The notes below the pieces were generated by a model. It was not told the origin of the DNA. It did no database searches and saw nothing but the letters and a program-made list of their open reading frames with translations. Shown here one piece after another: positions 52,093-61,836 of a stretch of DNA of 64,000 bases (within the stretch, counting starts at the first letter, position 1; the number at the start of each line of letters is the position of its first letter). Source of the DNA: Malacoraja senta (Eukaryota). The translations under genes and the position numbers were made by a program. The DNA is taken from contig CM075988.1 in NCBI GenBank assembly GCA_038087875.1, positions 10,976,001-11,040,000 of the forward strand, read 5' to 3'.

Positions 52093-54357
52093 TGGGAGAT
52101 AGGAGTGACAGGAAAACACTGCATTCACATAGAACATTTTCCTCTGGTCTTGCCCCTCCCTCGACCCTACCACAGCCAGATTGAGAGAACATGTCTGATT
52201 GGGAAATTGACAAATAACCAGACACTCATGAAGATGATCAGGTGAGATTTCTCTGGTGTCCTCATCAAGTTCTATCCTCATTCAACACTTACAACTTGCT
52301 TGTCTGGTTGTTGCAAAGTTGGTGCCTCTGATTCCTGTAACTCAGCTCTCACATTTCCTACATTCACAAACTGACTGCGGGATGTTTTGGAGTACGAAAA
52401 GGTCAGGACAGGTACAATATAAATGTGATTATTTCCATCAATTGGCACCTCACTTGCTGCGAAGCTTGTTGGTTGCCTATGTTCTGAGCATCCAGAAGCA
52501 GCAATCATCAGATGAACAGTGTTCTATTGACAATTGTGGAACTCACCAGGGATCAGAGCTTCAGACCATTAAGATCCATGACAAATGTTTTGTTGTCTAT
52601 CCCATCACAAATACATGCTTTGGAACCATCAGAGGGTGGTTGGCTCGACTAGGGTTCATCCAGACACCTTAATGTTCCCTCATCTCTCATTCAGAACACT
52701 ATCTGCAGCCTCCACACCAACGGCACCCGTGTTGAGGATCGAGCTCGGGTCTCCGGCCATGTGAGACAGCAGTTCTAGAACTGTGCCACTGACTTTCCAC
52801 ATGCAATGGTTCAACCCACCTAATGTGGTATAAACTGAGGTAACACTCTGAAAGCAGAAATAACCCTATAGCAACTGGTCCTACAGAAATCACAGACCAA
52901 CAAACCCATCAAAGAAATGTTGCCGATCGCCCAATTTGTGGGTGTTTAGGGAAGAAAAATGCATTTTCTTTTGCCTTAAGGCAGACATTATTCTGAGCAA
53001 TCCGAGCCTTGAAGCAAAAAGGAACGATCTATAGATATTGGCATTCTGAAACTAAAAGAATAGCCTTGAATCACTTAACCGGTCATTGGGTATATTTGAG
53101 GTTGATGGCAATTGCACGCTGACAGAGCAGCTGTCTCAAATATTAAATCATCTCTTCTCTCCGTGTGCATCAACATGTTTCTGCCATTCTGCTTCCCAAA
53201 GTCTTTAGAATTCTTTACAAGCTAAAAAGCATAAACCATTTCCATTGCCGGAAGGCCAGGGAACCGGAGGTGCCAGTTAAGATATTAGTTAAAAGCAACT
53301 AACGGTATCAAGTTTGTTAATGCGGTGAATTATGTTGTGAAATTGAGTGCCTGTAAGGGTAGAAGGAGCAGATTCAATCCAAGTGCGAAGGAAATAACTT
53401 AAGAATTGAAACATTGTAGGAATGTGTACAAATAGGTGCAAAAATCATACATTGGTTTATTGTCATCTACCAAGGTACGGTGAAAAGTTTTTAGTTGTGT
53501 GCTAACCAGTGAGCGGAAAGACTCTACATGATTACAATCGAGCTGTCCACAGTGTATAGATACATGATGTAGGTAATCACGTTTAGTGCAAGATAAAGTC
53601 CAGTATGCAGTGCAATACTTCCTCTCTTTCAGAAGTAATGCTTCATATAGTGAGGTAGATTTATCTGTGAGTGAAGGGACTGAGTACAACTCGGCATGGA
53701 CCGCCAAGGGAACATTGTGCAATCAGAACTGCATCCATGGATCAGATTGAGGTTTGGCCAGGGATCTGGCTTCAATCTCCATGTTTTTTTAAATTAACAA
53801 AAATGACTTTGAGTTTGGAGTTTACCCTTGAAGTGTTCTGATCTTGCTGCACTTTTTGATTCCTCAACGGACTGCTCTAACTTGCACTGAGCAGTTTTCA
53901 ACCTCCTGCAGGTTTTCACGTGCTAATTCATCCAAAAATATAACAGCCACAAAGTCATTTGTGGGTTGCGTATCATCGCTGGACACTTGGTGATCTCTGT
54001 TTCAGACACTGAGCTGAGTGCTATGATTTATAATTGATCAAAGTGCATTAACTATGCCCAGAAATGCTGATCACGCTCATTTTCAGTCATTTGTTTTCAG
54101 ATAAATGTGATGTTTAAAAACTTTGCAAGATTGATTTCTCATACCAGCACTCCTAAAATGTTTGTCTAAATAGTCTATGATGATCCATTGTACATTCCAG
54201 TAAACATTCTAATTTAAGTGGACATTATACCGTGAACCTGGCTACATTTAACTGTAAGCCATAGGACACATGACGCTGCGAGTCGGCTGCCTCGCCTGCA
54301 GTGGGTTCATTGTTTCGACATTTTTTGTTTTTTTTATTATGTCCAAAAGTATGTTTA

Positions 54358-55083
54358 TGGGCCTGTCCCACTTAGGTGGCTTTTTAGGTGACTGCAGGAG
54401 ACTATGCAGTCGCCACATGGTCGCCACATGTTCGCGGGTGTTTGCCGCGTAGTCGCCTTCATGGTCGTGAAGGGTTCCCACATTCTGGGAACTGGTCGCG
54501 GCCTCATTATGGTCGCCGCAGCGTTTTCAACATGTTGAAAAATTAGCGGCGACCAGAATGAAGCCGCCATGGAGAGTAGCGAGAATTCTCGTGCCGTAGG
54601 TGGGTCGCCAGGAGGTCGAAGTTTCTCGTAGGTTGTAGCCGGTGCTGACCGGTGAATTTCATTGGCTTATTGGGAAAATAAACGTAAGCAGTAGTTTTTA
54701 GAACCAAGGATAATGTTAATGTCTACCGGGCTTCACAACCGTGTATCTCTGGCTTCCTAAAAGTTGTCTCCACTCCTTCTCCCTCCTCCCCCCTCTTTTA
54801 AAGGACTTACCATAAACAGTGCTTTAGCCATCTTAATTATAGCGCCAACCTTCCTCTTCATTGCGGTGTGTGTCTGCATTACCTAACCTTGGCTTTGCAC
54901 TGTGTGAATTTCACTCGGACAGCGCTCCTCCTGCTTGCCCTGTCGCCCGCCTGCATAACGGGCTGGTGAAGGAAGCGATGTGTGTGTGTGTTCGACTCTG
55001 ACAGTCGCCATTCCAGTTGCCCGTTTTTCAGGTTGACGGTCGCTGGCAGTCGCCTGAAAAATCGCCTAAGTGGGACAGGCCGA
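54358..55083. mobile_element. PIF/Harbinger-like MITE, 726 bp
   Basis: TIR TGGGCCTGTCCCACTTAGG / CCTAAGTGGGACAGGCCGA. TTA duplication at 54355-54357 and 55084-55086. Perfect internal palindrome TTTTCAACATGTTGAAAA (54524-54541). Confidence 0.9.
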
Positions 55084-55086
55084 TTA

Positions 55087-55935
55087 GTGTTTCTCTGTAT
55101 GTCTTGTGTGGGGGTGGGGGCAATAGGGGGAAACCTTGTTTTCAGGCACCTACCCCAATGGAGATGCAACTTTCTTCCTTGTCGCTTCTTTGCCTCCCTC
55201 CTCGCGGCCTTGCAGCTGGTTTGTTGCGGCCTTTCCCGGAGTTGGGCCCAGAACTTCAGCTGCGGCGCAGCGGGGACTTTAACATCACGGAGCGGGGCGT
55301 CCCCTTGCTGGGGGTCACCGGAGAAGCGCTCCGGCCACTGGCCTGCGGCCTACAACATCTTGGAGCCTTGGTCTGTGGAGCTTCTGGTGGCAGACGTGGA
55401 GTGGGCCTTCCATCGTGGAGCGGGCGATCCCTTGCCGGAGAAGAGCTCCGTCCGCCGGCCTGTGGCCTACAACATCTTGAAGCCGCGGTCTTTGGAGCTT
55501 CTGGTGGCAGGCGTGGAGTGGGCCTTCCATCGTGAAGCGGGCGATCCCTGGCCGGAGAAGAGACCGCTGGCCTGTGGCCTACAACATCTTGAAGCCGCAG
55601 TCTACGGTAAGGAGGTGGCCGATTTGGGAGCTCCGGGCCGCGGGTTGTGCTCGACCTGTCCCGACGTCGGCATTCCGACAATCCCAACCAGAGGGCTTGA
55701 ACATCGGGCCTTCCATAGCGGCGACTATGGAGGGTCACGGCCCCGACCATGGGTGAACAAGGAAGGAGGTGGACTGTCTCAATTGTATTGCCTTCCACCA
55801 CAGTGAAGAATGCTGTAGTGGATGTCAGTGTTGAATTATGTTGTGTATTGTGTCCTTTTTTAATTGTAACGTTGCATGGTAAATTCATTTTCACTGCACC
55901 TTATGGTGTATGTGACAAATACATTTGAACCTTTG
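55087..55935 (+). mobile_element. GC-rich non-coding repeat with internal 117-bp tandem units and a Rex1-like 3' tail; probable 5' part at ~54260-54357
   Basis: ccggagaag recurs at 55318, 55435 and 55552. 3' end ttttcactgcaccttatggtgtatgtgacaaat. Confidence 0.6.
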
Positions 55936-56794
55936 AGCAGAATTAGGCCATTCAGGCCATTGAGTCTACTCTGCCATTAGAACATGGCTGTTCTATTTTT
56001 CTCTCTCAACCCCATTCTCCCGCCTTTTTCCCCATAATCTTTGCTGCCCTTCCTAATCAAGAACCTATCAATCTCCTCTCATTACATTTTTTTTCCCCAT
56101 TAAATTCTATTGAAGCTATTTTATCAATGTTTTAGTTGTATGAAAACATGTGGAAGAAAGCTCGCTATTTTTGCTTGTTTGAGACTGAACCGCATCCTGT
56201 ATTTAGAATTTTAAACATGCCACGAGCAAGTTAAGATAATAATCCTTGACTCATTGGAAGTATTCTCATTTTGCTGCGTTATGATAAAGATTCAATCTAC
56301 TTTTCTTGAGATAGCACACAGCTCCAGGCATTGTCTTTGCAGAGCGATAAGGAGCTTTCATAATTGATGTTTTTGAAAACTGATTATTGCTTTCCAATGA
56401 AGACAGCTGGCAGATGAAAAAAAAACCTTGTCAGATATTTCTGGCTGTATTTCCTGGTGCAGAAGAAGGTTCTGTCAATTTATTAACTGCTACACATTTG
56501 GTGCCTTGGGTACATTTTTTGTCCCTCTGCCACATAAATTTTGAACCCTGCGTGCAAAGCTTACTGTATCTCCTGGTCTGACATTTCAAATTTCAGCAGA
56601 AAGATTGCTGGAAGCAACTAACAACTGCTGGTTGTATGAAGGGTGAGGTATGAGAAGATGCCATCTCAGGGCACTTTTGCTACATTAAAACATCAAGCAA
56701 AATGGGGCCAGAATATACTTTAATTCAAGCTGAATGGTGTTTTCTAGATGTGGGTTTGCTTATCAGCCATGGGAATTAAAATCAAATGTTCTGG

Positions 56795-57752
56795 TTGGTT
56801 GTTTATTATTATTGTCACCTGTACTGCGATACAGTGAAAAGCTTTTGTTTCTGTGCTATCCAGTCAAAAAAGGACAATACATGAATGCAATAAAGCCGCC
56901 CACAGTGCAAAGATAGAGGATAAAGAGTACAACATTTAGTGCATAGATATAACATTAATTAAAGAAAGTTCAAAGGTCTCCAATGATGTAGATTGGAGGT
57001 CAGCACCACACTCGAGCTGATGAGAGGACTGTTCAGTTGCCTGATCACAGCAGGGAAGAAATTGTTCCTGAATCTGCAGGTATGTTTTCATACTTCTGTG
57101 TATCTCCTACCTGATGGGATAGGGGAGAAGAGGGAGTGACCAGAGTGAGACTTGTCCTTGATAATGCTGGCAAGTTTTCTGAGGCAACGAAGTGTAGATG
57201 GAGTTGATGGAAGGGAGTTTGGTTTGTGTAGTGGTCTGTGCTATGGAGGTTAGTGATCTCCCTGTGGCTCAACACTTCAACTCCCCCTCCCATTCCTTTC
57301 TGTCCTGGGCCTCCTCCATGGCCAAAGTGAGCACCACCGGAAATTGGAGGAGCAGCACCTCATATTCCGCTTGGGCAGTCTGCACCCCACCAGCTAGAAC
57401 ATTGACTTCTCCAATTTCCGGTAGCTCTTGCTGTCTCCTCCCTTTCTCAGCTCTCCCTCAGCCCTCTGGCTCCTCATCTTCCTTTCTTCTTCCCACCCCC
57501 CCCACCCTGCATCAGTCTGAAGAAGGGTTTCGGCCCAAAACGTTGCCTATTTCCTTCGCTCCATAGATGCTGTCGCACCCGCTGAGTTTCTCCAGCATTT
57601 TTGTCTACCATGCATCTGAATACGATGCTTTCTCTGGCGCATTTGTAGAAGTTGGATGAGAGTTGTTGGAGACATGCCAAACTTCCTAAGTCTTCCAAGG
57701 AAGTAGAGGTGTTGGTGTGCTTTCTTCACCATAGTGTTAATATAGTTTGACA
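56795..57752 (-). mobile_element. Rex1/Babar-like fragment with a nested plus-strand Penelope 3' fragment (~57248-57610)
   Basis: Minus ORF 57547-57822 reads MVKKAHQHLYFLGRLRKFGMSP. The insert has DLPVAQHFNSPSH and a terminal repeat with CTGAAGA at 57517. Confidence 0.8.
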
Positions 57753-57769
57753 TGTGTTCTGTTGGTATT

Positions 57770-59300
57770 GATTTATTATTGTTATGCCTACCAAGATGGA
57801 ATGCAAAATTTTCATTTTGCATGCTATCCAGGTAAATTATTCATTCTGATTGCAGTCAAACTATGCAGAATATATTGTTGCAACTATAAAGCAAGTGCAT
57901 GTGAAAGGAAAAGTCCAAGTGCCGCAGTGAAGTAGACTTGGGAATTCATCCTTGGCGCATGAGTTGAGTTCAAAGGTCTGATAACAGCAGGAAAAGAGCT
58001 GTTCTTGAAACTGGTGCTGTTTTCAAACCTTTGTATCTTCTGCTGGATGGGAGAGGGGAGAAGAAAGAATGCCCATGGTGTGAACAGTCTTTGATTATTT
58101 TTGTTGTTTTCTTGAGGGAGCCTGAAGTATAGATGAAGTCATCAGGAAGGAGGCTGGTTTGATGATGAACTGAGCTATATCCACAACTCTATAGTTTCTG
58201 GCAGTCTTGGACAGAGCAGTTGCCATACCAATCTATGATGCATCTCTATAGGATGCTTTCTGTGGTGCATCTGTAAAAATTGGCAAGAGTCATTGGAGGG
58301 GTTTGTGTTCTTTCCAGGCCTTAGTGTCCATGTATTTGGTCCGGGGCAAATTGTTGGTGATGCTCACACCTCAGAGCTTGAAACTCTAAATCATCTCCAC
58401 CTCTGCACCAGTGATGCAACTAGGAGATAGACTCCACCCTACTTTCTGAAATCATGGAAGAAGGGTCTCGACCAGAAACGTCACCCATTCCTTCTCTCTG
58501 GCGGTACTGCCTGTCCCGCTGAGTTACTCCAGCTTTTTGTGTTATCTTCAAGTTCTTCTTTCTTGCTAACATCCAGGGAGAGTTTGTTGCCTCCGTCCTG
58601 TACTCTGTCCCTGTACATGGTTTGAGATCCGGCTCTTTACAGTGGTGTCTTTTTCACACAGAGAGTTGTGAGTCTGTGGAATTTTCTGCCTCAGAGGGCA
58701 GTGGAGACCAGTTATCTGGATACTTTCAAGAGAGAGCTTGATAGGGCTCTTAAAGACAGCAGAGTCAGGGGATATGGGGAGAAGGCAGCAATGGGGTACT
58801 GATTGTGGACGATCAGACATGATCACATTGAATGGCAGTGCTGGCTCGAAGGGCCGAATGACCTACTCCTGCACCTATTGTCTATTGTCACCTGCAAACT
58901 TATAAATGGAAGATAGACACAAAAAGCTGGATTAAGTTAGGAGAGAAGGAATCTGAAGAAGGGTCTCGACCCGAAACGTCACCCATTCCTTCTCATCAGA
59001 GATGCTGCCTGGCCCACTGAGTTACTCCAGCTTTTTAAACCAGCATCTGCAATTCCTTCCTACACACCCTATAAATCGAGTTGGCTGTATCGTCGTTAGT
59101 GTGCAGAGAGTAAGGCAAGGGGCTGAGAACACAGCGTTACAGGGCATCTGTGTTGGGTATTATTGTGGAGGCTGTTTTGTTGCTTATCCTTAATGATTGT
59201 GATCTATGGACCAGGAAGTCAAGGATATAATTGCAGAGGGGGTTGCAGTGTTCTGCATCCAGGAGTTTTAAGATGTATTTTGATTTAAATCTATGTTGAA
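57770..59300 (-). mobile_element. Rex1/Babar-like LINE fragment carrying three later insertions
   Basis: Minus strand reads CVLSPLPYSLHTND..SIYKFAGD across 58886-59150. Inserts are a Penelope half-repeat (~58456-58550), a plus-strand CR1 tail (~58640-58888) and a hairpin element (~58911-59066). Confidence 0.7.
58953..58983 (+). ncRNA. Minimal type-I hammerhead ribozyme motif, most canonical copy in the window
   Basis: CUGAAGA(58953-58959)-A-GGGU(CUCG)ACCC-GAAA(58973-58976)-C-GUC(58978-58980). Predicted cleavage is after C58980. Confidence 0.8.
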
Positions 59301-60119
59301 GACGAGCCGAAAGGCATAATTATTATTTTTTCTTTCCTCTACCTTTATCCAGTCGCGCACAAACTGTAACTAAAATTGCATTCCTTAATTAACAGCCATA
59401 CATTTGTTCAGACTATATTTGGAGCCAAGGTCATTGGTGAATTATGTCTCAGTGCTGCTCCATATGGTGTATATACCTGCCGAACCAGTGGTGTCTCCAC
59501 CTTTAGTCTGTCAGAAGTATTTTTGACGCACATTTTGAGTTATGAAGTCATTCTGTAGGCTATATTGTAAAAGTCTTGGCATGCATGGACTAGCTGCTCT
59601 TTCTCACAAAGAAAGTATATCCTAAGGCAACGTAGCCTGTGTGTTGTCAAATATAGTTTACCAAGTAGAATGTGGATGACTGATCGGTTAGTTGATACGG
59701 TTGGTACTTATTCTGGCTCAGTGAGAGGTCGGATAAACAAAATATGATTATTGTCCATCTTTACAAACTGCCTCTCCAATAAAATGGAAATGTATTAAGT
59801 TTGGTTAAATCATTTACATGTTGTTTTCTCAAATCAAAAGTACAGTATGGTATTGCTCAGCCTAAGAATCTTGGCATGCCTTTTTTGCACAGTTTGCCTT
59901 TCATGATCTTGAAGAACTTGTGTTCCAAAGTGCCCCGATCCATCACGACACTTCAGATCTCAGTGGACTGCCTCCATTATAAGAGGGTCAACATATGAAC
60001 TTAATGGAAAATGGTGCCAGTTCCGTATGATATTTGATCTCCTTTGAATAGGACAAAATAAAGAGGACCTAATCGATAGACATCATTGGGGAAAATCTTC
60101 TAATATTTGGAGTCACAGC

Positions 60120-60780
60120 TTGTACATAGAAGGACAATTGATGATGGAGGCTAGTCATCCCAACTGTAGAATGTGGCTGCATGACTACCTCGGGGCATCA
60201 TTCCCGCTCCAACCATCTTCAGCTGCTTCATTAATGATCTTTATTTGATTATAAGATCACAAGTGGGAAAGATTGCTGATGATTGTGTCAAGTTCAGTCC
60301 TATTTGTGACATTGAAATGTCTGCATGCAGCCAATTGTACACACATTGAGCATGAGACAATGTTCAGGTGCGAGTGGATAAGTGACATTTAACATTTGCA
60401 TCACACGCATCCAAAGCAACAAACATCTCTCACAAGATAGAGCAAGGCCATTTAACCATGATATTATTGTCAACAAGTTACGCACAACCAACATCCTGGT
60501 TCTTGCCATTGACCATAAACTCAACTGGACTAGGAACAATAATGGAACAATGATAGAGTGTTACAGCTACAGAGAAAGTGCAGCTAAAAAATAGGGCTGC
60601 ATTGAGGAAGATTGGGAATATATCCTGAGCATATGAAACATCCTTTCAAATGTGTAATAAAAGTGGGTAAGAACCACCTTCACTGAAAAGGGAGTGAGTT
60701 CATGGAATGCACTAATGGACAGAGTGGTTGAAACTGCATGCTTGATTGCATACAAGATGTGCCCCACTTGATCCAAATGA
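60120..60780 (+). mobile_element. Old CR1/L2-group LINE RT fragment
   Basis: 60195-60290 translates as IIPAPTIFSCFINDLYLIIRSQVGKIADDC. Heavily decayed. Confidence 0.7.
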
Positions 60781-60795
60781 GCACTTGGATTGTAA

Positions 60796-61385
60796 AAAAG
60801 AACTGCCGATGCTGGTTTAAACTGAAGATAGACACGAAAAGCTGGAGTAACTCAGTGGGACAGGCCGCATCTCTGTTGAGAAGGAATGGGTGATGTTTCG
60901 GGTCGAGACCCTTCTTCAGACTGGTTAGGGATAAGGGAAACGAGAGATATAGACGATGATATGGAGAGATAATGAATGAAAGATATGCAAAAAAGTAACA
61001 ATGATAAAGGAAACAGGCCATTGTAAACTGTAGGGTGAAAACGAGAAGCTAGTGCAACTTGGGTGGGGGGTGGGGGGGGGCGATAGAGAGAGGGAATGCC
61101 GGGACTACCTGAAGTGAGAGAAATCAATATTCATACCACTAGGCTGTAAGCTGCCCAAGCGAAATATGAGATGTTATTCCTCCAATTTGCATTTAGCCTC
61201 ACTCTGACAATGGTGGAGACTGAGGACAGAAAGGTCTGTAGGAAGGGGAAGGATAATTAAAGTGTCCAGCAACAGGGAGATCAGGTTGGTTCAGGCGGGC
61301 TGAGCGAAGGTGATCCACAAAACGATCGTCCAGTCTGCGTTTGATCTCGCCGATGTACAGAGTCCATATCTTGAACAACGGACAC
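60796..61385 (-). mobile_element. Penelope-like 3' fragment with terminal repeat and hammerhead motif (60892-60919)
   Basis: ORF 61199-61432 reads LYIGEIKRRLDDRFVDHLRS..PDLPVAGHFN. Minus strand has CUGAAGAAGGGUCUCGACCCGAAACAUC. Confidence 0.88.
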
Positions 61386-61424
61386 AAACCAATTGATACG
61401 TTTAATAGGGAAGGTTTCCGACTG

Positions 61425-61587
61425 ATAGACACAAAAAGTTAGAATAACTCAGCTGGTCAGAAGAAGGGTCTCGACCCGAAACGTTACCTATTTCTTTTCT
61501 CCAGGATGCTGTCTGACCCGCTGAGTTATTCCAGCTTTTTGTGTTTATCTTTGGTTTAAACCAGCATCTGCAGTTCATTCCTCCACA
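61425..61587. mobile_element. Internally deleted Penelope-derived hairpin element
   Basis: Flanked by AAGGTTTCCGACTG (61411-61424) and AAGGTTTCCAACTG (61589-61602). Confidence 0.8.
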
Positions 61588-61604
61588 TAAGGTTTCCAAC
61601 TGTT

Positions 61605-61836
61605 AAAGAAGGAACTGCAGATGCTGGAAAATCGAAGGTACACAAAAATGCTGGAGAAACTCAGCGGGTGCAGCAGCATCTATGGAGCGAAGGAAATAGG
61701 TAACGTTTCGGGCCGAAACCCTTCTTCAACCCTTCCCTTCAGTTTGAAGAAGGGTTTCGACCCGAAACGTTACCTATTTCCTTCGCTCCATAGATGCTGC
61801 TGCACCCGCTGAGTTTCTCCAGCATTTTTGTGTACC
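61605..61836. mobile_element. Very young Penelope-derived hairpin element
   Basis: 94-bp inverted arms (61636-61729 / 61744-61837, 1 mismatch). Exact 17-bp flanking repeat TAAGGTTTCCAACTGTT (61588-61604 / 61837-61853). Confidence 0.92.

Noticed and set aside
55318..55600. CRISPR-like or other prokaryotic repeat array
   Set aside because: Whole units repeat without unique spacers, there are no cas genes, and the context is vertebrate.
54982..55894. Overlapping 172-274 aa ORFs on both strands
   Set aside because: These arise from GC-rich tandem repeat and MITE sequence. No domain motifs.
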